Shown: one piece after another, positions 47,113-61,728 of the stretch
Numbering within the stretch: position 1 is the stretch's first letter
Layout: each line of letters starts with the position of its first letter
Assembly: GCA_965645245.1 (NCBI GenBank)
Contig: OZ287086.1
Location: 806,001-870,000, forward strand
Reading direction: 5' to 3'
Length of the DNA: 64,000 nucleotides
Origin: Massalongia carnosa
Taxonomy: Eukaryota
The notes under the pieces: model-generated
The model's database searches: none
Seen by the model: only the letters and a program-made list of their open reading frames with translations
What the model was told of the DNA's origin: nothing
Position numbers and translations under genes: made by a program

Positions 47113-50002
47113 TTACTTCGTTATCGCATTTAATGCTCTGTAATCAACACAAAAATGCAGGCCTCCGCCTGGTTTCCTAACGAACAACACCGGGGACGCA
47201 GCAGGGGAAGAACTGGATCGAATAAAACCTTTCTTCAGGTTTTCCGTGAGATACTTCTGTAGAACTAACAGCTCATCTCGATTCATGCCATATAACGGGC
47301 CATACGTGGGTTCCTTTCCCTCTATCAACGGAATTTTATGATCATAACTACGTCGCTCGGGAAGCTTAACAGCTTCTTTCTTGGAAAATACATCAAGAAA
47401 TTCATGATATTCCGACGGCAACACTGTAGCGGGATCAATTTCCGGCTTAGGATTCAAGGCATGCTCAATATCTCGGATGTTCACGGTGAAGAGTTCACAC
47501 TCCTTCTTCTTCGCTAGACGGGTAAAGGGGGCTGCCCCTATCATACATATGCTCAATAGTGGAATCTTGTTGATCGGCGACGGAACGAGCGGGGACGGAA
47601 CGAGCAGGGACGGAACGGGTAAGGTCGAAGGTAAAATAGACGAAGTGGCGGCGGTCGCGCGCTGATTTAACCGGCCAGGCCTATTAAATCTAACCGCTTC
47701 AGGGCAAGTGTTTTCATCGACAATTAGCAAAGTCGTATCCGGACTAGCGCTGCTTTCAACGACAAGGGGTTTTTCTGCGCGAAGTTCGGGGACGTTAGTT
47801 ATGCCCATCACCGTATTTGACTCGGAATTGTCAAGACAGTGCTGGCGGCAATGAGGCGAGTAGAAAGTGAGGGAGTTCATGGCCCATCGTATGCTGACAT
47901 CGTGAATTTGCAGCCATTTAATGCTGAGAACTATGGGATAGTCACCGAGACAGGTGACGAGAAGGTTGGCGGGTTCGGAGTGGGAGGCGACGTCAAGGTT
48001 CAAACGGGCAAGGTGGGTAAGTTTTCAAGACGACACGGGACGACCGTCTGCAAGTTCAAGGATATGGGGTTTCTTTATGGGGGCGAGGGGTATGCGGTGG
48101 TAGTACGCGAACGAAGAATCAACAAAGGCAAATCCAGATGCTCCACAGGCAATCAATGCATTAGTCTTGATTCTGATTGTTCATATGGAAACAACGAGAG
48201 ACACAACCAAATGCCTTCCATCCAAGTTTTCTTCGGATAGAGGTTCTTTGGACAGAGAAAATGCCGAAATCGAAATAGCTCCTTCCGATACATGTCTTCG
48301 GCTGCGACTTAGGCCGAAGACTGAGCTTTTTCCTCATCCTGAGTTACCGAGCTTAGTTCGTATGTTTTCATTCTAGATTTTCTTTGAAGACCGGGCAGGC
48401 ATTAGCGAAATGTCCGGATCCTCCACAGTATATGCATAGTCCCTCGTTTATGCGGCGCGATCTTTCAGCCGGTGTGATAGGGCCACGGCGTCTGGAGGTC
48501 GACAGGTCCATGACATCCGAGTCCGTGGATAGAGTGGGGGCGGGTCTAGGAACGGGAGTGGCTAGACTAGAAGAGGTCTTAGTAGTCGGAGTGGACGGAG
48601 CGGAGGAAGAACGAGATGAGCCATACGAAAATGGTTTGCGAAGCGATGCTTGGACGGAGCGGAACCGATTGTCAATCTTCTGAAGAATTTGTATCGTGTC
48701 GTCCAGGGTGTGACGAGACGGACTCAATGAGATAAGATCAGGTGGTACGAAGTCTTTGCTATAGGTAGGCTATCGGATATTTACAAGACGTTCGACAAGG
48801 AAGAAAGAAAATCTCAACAGCGAAAGCAAAGATATAATCTTTCCGTTGATCGCGCTAACCATGCTGAGCCTAGTACTCGCTTATCATTCAAGCCTTAGCG
48901 CCGTGACTCGACTCGGGTGCTAGCGAGGCAGTACCGTGACACAGGGAGGTGGGTAGGTCCACTGTGATTAAGGCGGATTTTAACTCATCGCTGAGACCGT
49001 CCAGAAGAATAGAACGTTTGGCTTCATCATTGAAGCCTGTGTCCGGAACGAGGCGCTGATAGTCGGATAAGTATAGATAAAACTCTTTATTCTTTTATCT
49101 AAGCTGTCGTAGTTCCCTTTGTGCTGTTGCTTTTCTATCAGGATCACGGAATGCCAACTGCAGTTTGATATAAAACGCGTCCATATTGGCAAGAGCAATA
49201 TTTCCATCTCTTTCCAGATACGGCTGCAGTTGATCTAATGCTTTTTCCTTCAAGCGGCTTAGCGTATAAGCGAGCTTGCTTTGCTCGGTGGGGTAGTAGT
49301 CCTTGTTGATGTTCAGCTTGATTCGGAGTTGTGTCATCCCTCCTCGAAGTTCTGCTTTATCACCACCAAAGGGGGATGGGTCCGGATGCTTGGTAGAGCG
49401 ATGCGACCTATTAGACAGTGAGGATACGTCGGCAAGATTTGTACGAAGTTCGTCTATGACAGCCTGACCGGCGGCCATAGTGATTGCATTTTCAGTCATA
49501 GTGGCATTGGCCTGTTCAAGAGAAGATTGCGCGATTGCTTTGTCGTTTTCGAGAGTGGTGATGATTTCCTGAGCATTAGACAAGAAGTTGGTGATGCGAA
49601 GAAAGAACTCGAGCCATGCCTGTGGCTGATGCTGCACAGCATTGCTCAGGTCGCTGAGACCGGAGACGGAGGTGGGGGGGTCGAGATTGTTAGACATGAT
49701 GATGATGATGCACCAGGTGAATAGGCTAGTCGAACGTAGTATCACGATTCGAGGTCAAGTTGGTAATTCAGGTGGTGTAAACGTATTACTTTATCGTCTA
49801 GCTAAGTAGACAAACGTTTGACAAGGAGAAAAGAAACAGAAAATCAACTTTAGGCGAGTATAAGACAGACGAGTGGAACTAGTCCCATTTCGGATTTTGA
49901 TCCAGATTCCACCCTCAAGTCCCTACCATGGCAATATTGGCCCTTACGGTTGCCCTAACTGAATCGGATTAGGCTTAGTCCCTTCCGGATCGATCCATGA
50001 CA
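47113..50002 (-). mobile_element. Ty3/gypsy fragment G3 (probable 5' LTR, gag, protease, start of RT)
   Basis: gag PDPSPFGG...; CIYCGGSGHFANAC; RT start SSSPAASPVLFVRKPGGGLHFCVDYRALN; candidate LTR 49776-50002 (TG...CA) without partner. Confidence 0.85.
48709..48941. mobile_element. Solo LTR (233 bp) in G3 gag
   Basis: tgtgacg...cgtgaca flanked by TSD caggg at 48704-48708 and 48942-48946; gag reads DLPTSL/DDTIQ across the empty site. Confidence 0.9.
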
Positions 50003-50597
50003 ATAAGCAGTATCTTTTCAAAGTTGAAAAACTTGTAAATCATAACGCTGATTCTTTAATATGTTATAAATATATTTAAATTGAAATTGAAATTTAAACG
50101 TGCTTTTATATGTCATAAAATATCATCAAACAAATAATTTTGCTTCATTAAACTTGTTGAGTGTTTAACTTTTATCAGCATAACAGATTAGATTAGATCA
50201 GATCTAGTCTAACCGTATCAGTTACTTAAGATCTTTAACGATATTTTAAGTAATCTAGACTCGAATAAACTATTATGACTTCGCTTAATAGAAAATGATC
50301 ATTTAAAAGAAGACTACTTTACAACAAAATTTTATCTTATATAGCAGAGTCATATACATTGTTATTTATTATATAGTCATATATTCATATATCTATTTCA
50401 AGAGGTTATGAACACGAAAGAGCGATATCGATCACACAGGAATCGAAGCAGATCTACTCGATATATTCAATATTAAAAGAGTAAAGTATAGATTTTACTC
50501 GTCAGAAGTTTTATGAACGACATATATTATATTTTCATGTGCACGAGAAACAGGAACGATTGTTTACAATATTTCATAAGAAAACTATATAGGACCT

Positions 50598-50961
50598 TGT
50601 GAAACTAAGCTACCTTATATATATTGCTATTGTAGTATTTGGGCAAAGTCCTGACCCTAGGGTGTAGCATAATACTGTTCGTACTCCGTCCGCACCAGGT
50701 ACGGAGCCGCAACGGGTAGGCCACGGGATCCATAGACGATGTAGATGCGAACCCTAGGGTCAAGACATACTCTATCTATCTAAGCGACAGATTGTATAGG
50801 AAAGAGTAGGTGAGAGAAACAGGGAAACACGATTTTTGATGAATTTTGATGAGGAAAGAGAGAAGAGATAGGCGGATAGAGGAGGTGATGAGTTTTTCAC
50901 CTCCCTGCTAGCGTCCGGCCCTATCCCGCTTATACGCCTGGTACCGTCCGTCACGGTGACA
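50598..50961. mobile_element. Possible solo LTR
   Basis: TG...CA ends, TATA-like ttatatata, internal inverted repeat gaccctagggt/accctagggtc; no clean TSD. Confidence 0.35.
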
Positions 50962-51095
50962 ACTTCACTAACCCTCAGCCAGCTGGTATGTCATGGAGTC
51001 CAATGATCCTATCCAGGTGGTGTATGACGAAGCGAGAATAGTGAATAGATTTCTACTATTGCGCCACCTGTCCTTCCCGACCAAAAGGCACAATA

Positions 51096-52433
51096 CAGTA
51101 CTAGGCCAAAAGTCTGCGGCCCCGCACCCTACCATCATTTCAATCATTCTATTCAATCAACAATCAACCACGTCACGATTGCTGAAATGTCTTGAAACTT
51201 TACATAATGATTACATACATACTAAACACGAATTCCCCCAAAAATTGATTTTTAATATTTAGTATACCATCCTTCCGACGCTATACACGCTTTTATCCTC
51301 CTATTCATGCTCTCTATTAACCTCCTCATCATTTTCACATCTACCAACGTCTAGGCTTCTTCTAACGCTTTCCAAAGTACCTCACGAACAGTTTCATCAG
51401 TCCCGCTCACCAAATCTATGTTCGGGTTGACTTGATAGACGAGCTTTTTGAGCACATACCAGACGTGCTCGATAGGATTTAAATTAGGTAAATATGGGGG
51501 CCAATCGATGACCTCTATGCCGTTCTCATTGAACCATTCCATAACCTTTTTAGCCTTATGTATAGGTGCGTTATCCTGCAAGAGAATGTGGCCCGGATGC
51601 CAAATTCCAAGCAGATTATCGTTCAATAATTCTATATATGAGTTCGCCGAGTACCCCATCTTCTTCGCAGTAAAATCACGGGCCAATTTGTAAAGATCTG
51701 ACCTGTCATCTCCCTAAAAAGCTGCCCAGACCATGACACTGACTCCTTTGCCTTTGGGGACAGGTTGTATCATCTCTTTATTCTATTTTTCTTTCGGCAA
51801 TCTAAACACCCACTGACGCTGTTTTCCTGACCCCTTTTCCACCGAGCACTCATCTGACCATATAAATCTTGACCAGTGCTCAAAAGTCCACTCACGCCGC
51901 AGCAAGCACCAATCCAATCGTTTCTTGGCCACCTCAGGCGTCAATAAAGGTCGTTTTTTAACCACCCAGTTGGTTAAACCATACAGTTTGAGTGCCCGAT
52001 AAATAGTCGTACGACTGCAGCCGAGCCCCACTTCTAGTTTGATTTGTGCATAAGTGATTCGTGGATTGATTCGTGCATGCTTGATGATATAACGTCGATC
52101 GCGTTCTGACAGCACTTCAGGCCGTCTAGAACGTGATTTAGACACGCCGTCGTTGCGAATTGAGTGCTTTTGAATGGTGCTCTGCACGGTCGATTTAGTG
52201 AAATTAAGAGTCTTCCCAATCTCGGTCGGTGTGTGCCCCAACGCCTGGGCCCCAACAATCATACCACGTTGATATGGCGTCAATTCAGTGTTACGAGGCC
52301 GATTACCACTTATGGGGGTCAAAGAAGCACGAAGCATGGTGAAATGATGAGGTGGAAGATAGGGGGTTGATGAGTTGAAAACGCGAAATCACGAAAATTA
52401 CGGGTTGGGCCGCAGACTTTTGGCACGGGACTG
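51096..52433 (-). mobile_element. Tc1/mariner DNA transposon, 1338 bp
   Basis: 27-bp TIRs cagt...gccaaaagtctgcggccc with 4 mismatches; TA on both flanks (51094-51095, 52434-52435). Confidence 0.95.
51252..52337 (-). pseudogene. Tc1-type DD34E transposase with in-frame stops
   Basis: HTH region, WSDE, QDNAPIH...PNLNPIE (34 residues between D and E), C-terminal GWYTKY. Confidence 0.93.
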
Positions 52434-52844
52434 TACTTAGTCCGCAGACCAAGCTCTATTCTACTATAACTGGGACTCCTGCTATGTTCGCTGTAGGTCC
52501 TGCCGTCCGCACCACGCTTGGTCGAACCGTTACATGGTGGAACAATATTTTGCTATCGACTATACTACATGATAATCTGACGAAACGAACACAAGGAGGA
52601 AAACAGTAACTGCTCGCAGAGATTTCCTTTAACTCTTGAAAAGGGACACTAAGCCTAACTCGGTAAGCTCGCCGTCCACAACGATTATCCGCCGGCACTA
52701 AACCTTAAAGTCTATCTGCATTGACCTGTTCAATAAACCTCCACGTCTCATGTTCACACCATGACATGGTGCGTTGCTGACATTTGTGTCTTCTAGGCCA
52801 AATTCTCAAGAAGTCTTTTGTCAGATATATGCATCATAGGCATT

Positions 52845-53143
52845 TGTGAGGCGAAGTACGAACAGTGTGACTATATGGGTCTACAGTAGTAGTAGGACAA
52901 TAGAATAGGAGTCGCTATGGAATAGCAGTAGGTGGAGTGTAATCAATAGATCGACCAGTGGCCCTCCGAAAGAGGTAGGCGAAGGGCTCTTTATCCCATA
53001 GCCCCACCTTGATCAGGCCACGTTCGTCAAACTAATTACTATTACATGATTGGACCGATTAAGACTATCGTATAGGTGTCTTCCCGCGTACCCCCTGCAG
53101 AAGTGTGCGACCGCTTCATGTCTTGTAGGAAGCTGTCCTGACA
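52845..53143 (-). repeat. G2 3' LTR (299 bp)
   Basis: Homologous to the G1 LTRs and adjacent to the same PPT. Confidence 0.95.
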
Positions 53144-56100
53144 GTACCCTCCTCCTAGGGCTCATGTCCTCATGAGCTTGCTGTCGCGTTTTGTATAGTC
53201 TCAATTCATCCTCAGCCTAACCCCCGTCGAGTCCCCTGTTATAAGTCCTCTGACATTCCGAACATGATTCATGCTTTTGCCTTCAGAGTCTCGCACATGC
53301 GACTCAAGTTCTGCATCAAGAATCTCCGTTCATGTCGTTTGAGTCATATCTCTAGTAGAACTGGTGAGTTATCGGCCAGTGTAGTGAATTCCAGTGAGGT
53401 TTCGTGAAGATAGTGTGAATAATCCCCCACTTCTCATAAAACTCCCCATCTTTCTCTTTCCTTTCTCCCTTCTACAAGCACAATCATAATGCCCAAAACT
53501 CCAGAGCACCGTGTTATTTTCAGCCCCTTCCTTGTCCCCTGATGAGCTCGGGGATTCCTAACTACCTCGTTGTAGTGGAAGACGTCTTCCGCCTTCTGGT
53601 CTGAGGAAAGTACGTGTTCCAGGCGATTCCTCTTCTGTTGCTCGGTATTCAGCTCGATCTCTTGCGGATGGTGAGGCCATATCAATTTCTTCTCGCTCTT
53701 CGCCGTCCTCTGTGTCTCCGTCCTCGGCTCCTCCGTCCCCGGTTCCTCCGCCCCTGCGGTCGCTTCCTTCCCGTTCCGGTCGGCCTTCTGTGTCTTTTGT
53801 AACCCAGTGGGCGATCGTCTGGTGGTGAGAGCTCGTCCGGATTTTATATAGAGGGAGGGTCAACTTCGGCTTCGCGCTCTGCCTCGGGCTCGCCGGCCTA
53901 TCGCGGGCCTTCAGGAGATAGTATGCGTGCGCCTCCTTCCCGTGTGGCTCCTCCCCCCACCGGGCATTCTTCGGCCTCTCGCGGGTCGCGCGGTGTTGCC
54001 CTTCCTCCTCACGATGATAGGTGAAAAGAATGGGAGGGGATTGACCTTGATGGCTACAAGGTCAATGAGTGATTTGCTCTCATTTCTTGTTTCTCTTCCG
54101 TCTTTTCTTGACGTGAGAATCATCAGGATTTGCTTTATATTGCTGATGATATATTCTAATCAGGTACTGAGATCCTTCCATGTCTTCGACTGGTAACCAT
54201 TTATTATCTGTATCTGAGTAGCCTAACTATTTCACTAAGTATTGGAGTTTACCATAATGAATCCTACTCTCTAGGATTTTCTCTACTTCCCACTGCTCTT
54301 CCCCCGCGACCTCTATTGCGAGAGGCTCTTCTGATCCTCTTTTTGTATATATAATATGGGGTTCTAACAAGGAGACAATGAAATATATTATGTACTCCCT
54401 TCAGTAAGCTGGGCAGTCGCTGACGGTCAGCGTTTTTCCCCACGAGATCTATTATCTCGTATGGTCCATAATATTTATAATCCAATTTTCTGGATTGCCT
54501 AGAAGACTTGATATTTTTAGTGCTCAGCAAGACTTTCTCACCTACTTTATATGTCTTGGGCATATGGTTTTCATTATAGAACTTAGCTTGAGAGTTTACA
54601 GCCTCATTGTGAAGTTTCTGCAACTTCTCTCTTTGTTTCAGCATGATCACCGCTCGAAGGCGAGCCGCTGTGATCTCGCTGTCCTTTGCTTCGAGACTAT
54701 TATCTTCCCACTTTGGGGTTTCCCCGAACATTGCTTCGAAAGGTGTCATGTTGATAACGCTGTGCAAGCTATTGTTGTAAGCAATCTCAGCTATTGGTAA
54801 CCAATATAACCAGTCATCTTGTTGATAGTTCACATAACACCTCAGGTACTGTTCTGAGGTTCGGTTTTGTCTCTCCGTCTGCCTATCGGTTTAAGGATAG
54901 AAGGCTGTGCTATAATAGAGCCGTACTCGGAATTAATAACAGAAGTGCGACCAGAATTTGGAGCTGAAAGGCTTCCCCGATCTGTTACAATCGACACTGG
55001 CATACCGAATTTGGTAAATATTTCTTCGACAAGGACATCGCTCATGTTCTCAGCTTCCCAGTCCTTTCGTGCGGGTATATAACGAGAGAATTTCGTATAT
55101 CTGTCTATGGTTACCAGGATAGAGACATAAACTTGCCCCCGCCGAAAGCTTCGCGGAAGGTCGGTTATAAAGTCTATTGTCCAATTTTGTCTAGGTCCTT
55201 GGCGGACTGGCAACGACACCAATTCTCCGTAAGGCTTATATCTTGGAGCCTTGACCTGATGACAACGAGTACAGGTTTCGACATAACTTTTGATATCTCT
55301 TCGCATTTTAGGCCAGTAGTATTTTCTTTAAATATATTCCACTGTCCGCCTAACTCCAAAGTGGCCCGCATTGGGGTCGTCATGATTCTGTCGCAGTAGC
55401 ACTTCTCTCAATATGCCTGAAGGTACGTACCATTTATTGTCTCTGCATAAAAGGCCGTCTTCTATATGCCAAAGGTTTTCTTTGTCTTTATTATCTCCCC
55501 GCGGTTTCACTTCCAATGCCTGGGTATCTACCTGCGAGTGACTTAGGACATCTTTGTTGACTTTCAGCGTTCTATACAAACTCTCCCTCTTGTGTTGCTC
55601 CCACTGTGCCGACGAGGCGGCAAGGGGCCGTCTCTGCTGCGCGAGTTGATCAGACTCTTGCAGTGCCAGAAGGACGGTGCGTAACTCGAGCGGTGGAGCA
55701 GTAAAGGCTGAGTCCTTCTCTGAAACTTCTTTGATTATTCTAGAGAATATCGAGACTCCTTCTCGGATGTCTCCACGAGTTGGAACTCTGTAGGCTTCGA
55801 ATCGGCCTTTCCCTCGTCCAGTTTAGGTGAAGACTTTCTCTTCTCCTTAACCCTTCTTACTGCTCCAAGAACCTCGAGAGTTTCATTCTCAGTCCCTTCA
55901 GTAACCATCAAGGAACGCGCGCTTGGACCATTTTCGGTCTTATCAACGGAAGAGTCCCCTGATTCATAATCAGTTCCGTTAACAGATTCAGGTTCTATGA
56001 ATCCATGCACAATTGCGCTATCAACAGTGGGCTCCCATTCCATAATATTTCCCCTAGGAGCAGTTACAGAGATGCCGGTTATCGACGCAACTACCCACTT

Positions 56101-56950
56101 CTTCGTCTCGAACTTTTCTTCGAGTTTCTCTGTCCCCTGTCGAATACTTAGAGGCTCCCCTGCTTCACTAGAAACTACTGCACCGACTTGATGAGACAAG
56201 TTGGGTTCATTTCCAGCATAGTCTGGACACCTTGAAAGCCCGTCCGCAGGATTATAGAGCCCTGGTCGAGACTAGAGAGTCTCTCCCACCATCGCGCTTC
56301 TCTTCGCGATAAATTCTTGGTGGTAATAAATGTACGAAGGTTACAGTGATCGGTGATCACACGAATGGGATGCATTGCCCCTTCAAGATAGTGTCGCCAT
56401 TGCTTGCATGCTTCGACGATCGCTAACATCTCAGTTTCGCCCACTCCATAATTGAGTTCAGCTGGAGCCATTTTCCTTGACCAAAAGGCGATAGGATGCC
56501 AGCGTCCGGTTTCTTCGACTAACTGTGATATAATTGCAGAAATCGCGACTCCTGAGGCGTCCGTTTCTAATTGGATTTTCCTCTTCGGGTCGAAGTGCAA
56601 TAGCATGGGAGCTGTTGAAATAGGTATATGACTATGGCTATATGGCTATGTAATAATAAAGGTATGTATGACCGTGATGTTAAGGATGAAGAGTTGCTAT
56701 GCAGCAATCTTTTCCTATTACTGGTCACCCTTCTAAGCGAGGTGATCTTCTTATCTTGGGACTAAGCCTAACGCGGCATCTACGGTTTCCGTAGATCATC
56801 TGTCAATCTAGGGCAGCCGTAGGTGCTATGTTCATTGAATTGATAGGTGTTCATTGTGCTGGTAGGAATTGGATATTCAACACCCCCCTTCAAGTCCTAC
56901 CAGTACTTGTTTCCATCGTAGATTCAACCGTAATTGAACTTCTTAACCTC

Positions 56951-59900
56951 TCATGTCTGTTTGTCCATGTTGAGCTGTCTGATAAAGGAGAAGAACTTGA
57001 CGTGCGTAAGGGGTTTTGTCAGTCCATCTGCAAACATGTCTTCGGTCGGAACATAGGTGAGGTCGATTCTTCCTTCTAGCACCTCGTTTCGTATGAAGTG
57101 GTGCTGAATGTCGATATGCTTGGTCCTGAAGTGTAATACGGGATTATTGGCCAGTGCTATGGCGCTTTGGTTGTCGCCTTTCATTGCAATTGTGCCTTCT
57201 CCTCTTAACACGTTTATTGTCGGGGATCCGTCATCAGAAGTCATCAATCAGAGTTCAGTCATCAGTAAACGTAGCCATGTAGCCTCCTTTGCTGCTAAGG
57301 TGAGTGCCATATACTCTGCTTCGGTTGATGACAATGCGACGGTCGTTTGTCTTTTGGAACACCAGCTTATTGGTCCATTGTTCAGCATGAACACATAACC
57401 CGAGGTGGATTTTCGCTGCTCTTTGTCTCCGGCCCAGTCAGAGTCAGAATATCCTTGTATACATAAATCTCCCCCACCGAAGGTGATGCCTCTATTCTTG
57501 GTACCGCTAAGGTATCTGAGAATGTGTTTGGCCGCTTCCATATGTGTTTTGCCTGGATTCTTTGCATGGCGACTGACTACGGACGTTGCGAAAGCTATGT
57601 CTGGCCTGGTTTCTATCATTGCGAACATGATGGATCCAACCATGGTTTGATATTGCTTTATGTCCTTGTCGGAGGCCTGAGATTCATTGATGAAGAGACA
57701 GCCTTCTCGCATGGGAGTGTTTGTTGTCTTTGCGGTTTGCATATGGAATCTTTCCAATACCTTCTCGATATAGGCTGGTTGAGATAGCTTTATGGTTTTG
57801 TTGACTCGATCTCGTTCGACTTTGAGGCCTAAATAGTAGCTGATTGGTCCCATGTCTACCATCTTGAAAGCTAGCTTGAGCTGTTTCTTGACTTCGGTGA
57901 TCATCGGGGAACCCTTTGGGCCTATGATGTTCAAATCGTCAACGAAAGAGGTAACAATGGGTCCTTTTATCCCTTGAGATGTGACGAAGATGCTATGATC
58001 TGCGTGGAGTTTCTCCAGTCCTAATTTGCTCAATAGAAAAGCTGATAGTCGTTCATACCAGAGACGCGGAGACTGTTTCAAACCGTACAGGGCTTTATTC
58101 AGCCTGCACACCATGCCAGCTGTGTCATATCCTTTCGGCATGTGGACATAGATGAGTTGATCGATGAGACCGTTCAGAAAAGCTGTCACTATATCCAGTT
58201 GCTCGATGTCCAGATCATGATGGGCAGCTAGCGCGAATAGCAAGCGAAAAGCCATTGGTTTGACCACAGATGCAAAGGTTTGATCGAAATCTACTCCGTA
58301 TTGTTGTAGATATCCTCTGACAACCCATCTGGCTTTAAAGCGAACGATCTTTCCATTTACGTCCCGTTTCAGCTTGAATACCCATTTGCCACTCAAGACT
58401 ATATGTCCGGGTTCCATGGACTCGGTGGATAATGTATCCCAGGTGTTGTTCTCCAGCAGACTTTTGATCTCCTCATCCATTGCCAGACTCCATTCGTTTA
58501 CGTATTTGGAGTTCATTGCTTGATGATATGTTTGTGGCTCAGCTGTGTCTGACTGAATGAACGCATCGTAGTCGTTCAGGTATGCTGCTCCCTCTATTTC
58601 TAGTTCTTTGGCCAGAAGTATGAGTGGGTCTTCTTCGTCTCTATCTGCCAGTGTGGGGATGTGTTCTGGTTCACTTAATGCCTCATTTGACAGGAGACTC
58701 AGCACTTGTGCGACATGGCCGTGTTTTCTGGGTCTACCTCGTCCACGTTTGGGGATTTCACTTATCTTGGAATTCAACTCTGGTTGGTCTTTTGAAGGAG
58801 TGGGACTGATTTCGAGTGTGGTATCTTTCTCGTTTTGAATCATTATGGAATCGTACGTGGGTAGATCGGTCCCATCTTTGAATGTGGCGTCTTCATGAAT
58901 CCCTAAGTCCTTGACCCTGATGACCTTGTAGTCTTTTTCCATAAAGACGCGATAGATGGTGCTTCCGTCATATCCACACAGGATTCCTTTCTGAGCCCTC
59001 GGAGAAAATTTAGCAGCCTTGCTGTTTAGTCCTTTTCGCTCTTCTTCGTGAATCAACGCATAGACTGTGGATCCGAGAATTCTCAGGTGATCCAGCTTAG
59101 GTGACTTCTTCTCGAAGATCTCATACGGGGTTTTACCTGCCAAGGCGTTGGTTGGTCTGACGTTCTTGGTGTAAACCATGGCTAGAACTACTTCTGCCCA
59201 CAAGTAATCGGGAATGTCTCCGGCAATGACACTGCATCTTGTCATGTCCATGATGGTTCTGCCCATTCGTTCCGCGACTCCGTTTTCTTCTTGAGAGTAT
59301 GGAGCAGCTGGTTCAAACGTTATGCCTTGTTCCAGGAACCAAACGTCTGACTTGTGACTGCGAAGCTCCGTACCGAAGTCAGTGCGAAAACTACTTATGG
59401 GTTTAGCCTTTCCAGATTTGTTTTGGGCCATGCTGTAGTACGTCAACAAGTGATCAAACCATTCACTCTTCTTGTGTCCGGTATAGACATGAGTGTATCT
59501 GCTAGCATCACAGGTGAAAGTGAAGAAGTAAAGTTCTTCAAGAAGTCTTGCTGGCTTGATTGGTCCCACTAGGTCAGAGTTTATCTTTTGAAAGAGCTCT
59601 GTGGCCCTCTCTTGCTGTGTTCGGTTGTATATCTTTTTGGCTTTTCCCATTTCGCATGCATGGCAAAACCAACCTTGGTTGATATCGTCATCGTACGTTA
59701 TGTCTAGCGTTTTCAAATATTTTCGACACGTCGGAATGTTGAGATGACCAAGCCTTGCATGCCATGTAGTGAGTTTTGATTTGACAGATATTTGACAGAT
59801 AGTGACGTCCAGTCCTTGATAGGTGTCCTCGTCCACTTTGCTCAAATGCATCCTCATATCTGGGGTGTCAACGGTCTGTAGCATGAAGTTGTTGTCAACT

Positions 59901-60274
59901 CTCGGTACATGCCCTATGACTTCTGCAGTGGATCCCATGAACAGTCTCCAGTTTGAATTGTCATAGAAGATATCGTGTTGATTCAGCATTCCCAAACTCA
60001 CAAGGTTCACCGGACATTGAGGAATGTAGAGAACATTGTTAAGAATCAGTATCGACGAGGGTAAGCCGTCCTCCATGAACAATGTCTTATGAATGGTTCC
60101 TCTTCCTGGCGACGTTCCTGTGGACGTTGACCCTGCTAGATCAGTGGAGTAGCTCGTATAGTCAGTGAACGAGTATCTGTGGTTGCATACGTGCATATCT
60201 GCAGCGCTGTCCAATAACCACGAGTTCTTGTTCAGATTCGTCATGGTCATGACTTTTTGCAGTCTTGTGGCCAT
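56951..60274 (-). pseudogene. Copia pol (PR, GAG-pre/IN, RT, RNase H) with one in-frame stop at 57248
   Basis: WLLDSAA, WHARLGH, SDLVGP, RTDFGTE, NGVAER, KARWV, LYGLKQ, FVDDL, YSDSDWAG, EAEY, KHID, ADGLTK. Confidence 0.95.
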
Positions 60275-60286
60275 GACCTGTGTGAG

Positions 60287-61728
60287 TCAACTACTCACCG
60301 TTGGAATGTTGGGTGATGTTTGAGGTAAGTCCGCCTTCGTTTCTGGCGAGGTAGTCTTTTGTTTCTTTGCTCTTCCGGATTCGAGCGAACTTCTATGTCT
60401 TTTTAGCTGTGGAAACTTCTGCCAACAGTTATCTGGCCAATGACGAGTGTTCTTTCTCTCGACACATTCAGAGAAGGTGCAGGTCCCAAATGGGGCTCGA
60501 CCTCTCGAGTCAGGTGTGCTGATTGTTGAACAAAAAATCAACCAGGCATACGGCAGCGGGATGCAGGAGAAGAGGGTCTAGGGCTATCAAGGATAGGCAA
60601 AGAGAAGTGCTTGGCAAACGTGATGCAGGTACTCCGTATTTCCAGTGAAGATACTCCAAATTTAGCTATCTGCTGAACTGAATTCTGAACGACTGAATAG
60701 CTAAATTACATGAGGAATCATCGTCTCTTTATACTGCTTGAGGGCCTCCATCTCGGCCTATATCAAATGCATGAACCTGCTTCCTTTGAACCTTTTCAGC
60801 TGGGCAAAATACACTTCGTTGCTGACCGGAGACACCGAGACACTCAGTGATCATGAACAGCTGAATTGCCTCCGAAATGTAGCATTCTTGCTGCATACTT
60901 TTGCCTCCTCGTAGTTGCCGAAGTCGTGCCGAAATCTGAAGCTTTTCGCATATAGCATATGATTGCCTAATCTGGAAATTAGTAAGCAGGAGGCAAAAGA
61001 ACCTCGGTCGCAAATATTCAGGTATCTCGGCAAATTCCAATACTGATATGAAGTGCCTTGGTGTTTTTCATGTTGACAGAATAAGCAACAATGGTCTTCA
61101 TTGCTTCCGACAGGTTTGTGGTTTCGTGTGTCCAATCTCGTCGAAGTTGGGCTATCAATGGGGAATAGACGTCTGTGGTGTTACCCAGCATCATTCCCTG
61201 AAGCATGAACTCCACGGTATGCACATCCACTTTGGCCTTGTCGTCCAGCATTCCTTTAATTTTGTTTAAAGCGCTCTCGTACTCTGCACATTATAGGCTG
61301 GTGGTCTCGAAGTCAATCATCTTCTTAGAACTAACTTTCAGAATGATGTCGCTGATGCTCATTGGTGCTATATCTTGGAATCTATCCTTCAGGATTTTCC
61401 ACATATCTGCCGCATTCTTGTTGTCGATGAGGCTGTAATGGCACTCCGCAACTAATCCGTGAATGATTCCTATAGCCTTGGTCATCTCGGCCTTCTGTCT
61501 ATTCTTCTCGTCACGCAGCTCTTTTACCAAGATGCTGACAGAAAGACCTTTGGCGTCGAAGCCTGCTTGTAATAAACCTTCCTTGATGGTTTCAGCGGTG
61601 ATTTCTGATTGATTCTCTAGAATGGCTCCTTCGCAGTTATTCTTGAGCAGAATGCCCTTCGTATAGCTTGCCCCTGCCGAATATCTTTCGGCCTTCTCCA
61701 AAAGATGTGACGTATCTATGATAGACAT
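60287..61728 (-). pseudogene. Copia gag, with a stop and a solo-LTR insertion
   Basis: AADMWKILKDRF; Cys/His motif CTFSEC...HWPDNCW; reads KALHIS/TPDSRG across the insertion. Confidence 0.85.
60524..61042. mobile_element. Solo LTR (519 bp) inside copia gag
   Basis: tgttgaa...ttccaata flanked by TSD ctgat at 60519-60523 and 61043-61047. Confidence 0.88.

Noticed and set aside
50003..50597. AT-rich tract as a RIP relic or host intergenic DNA
   Set aside because: No ORF, repeat or homologue in the window to test it; left unassigned.
52436..52844. Possible host exon or transposase remnant beside Tc1 (also 50962-51093)
   Set aside because: Only short ORFs with no motif I can recognise.
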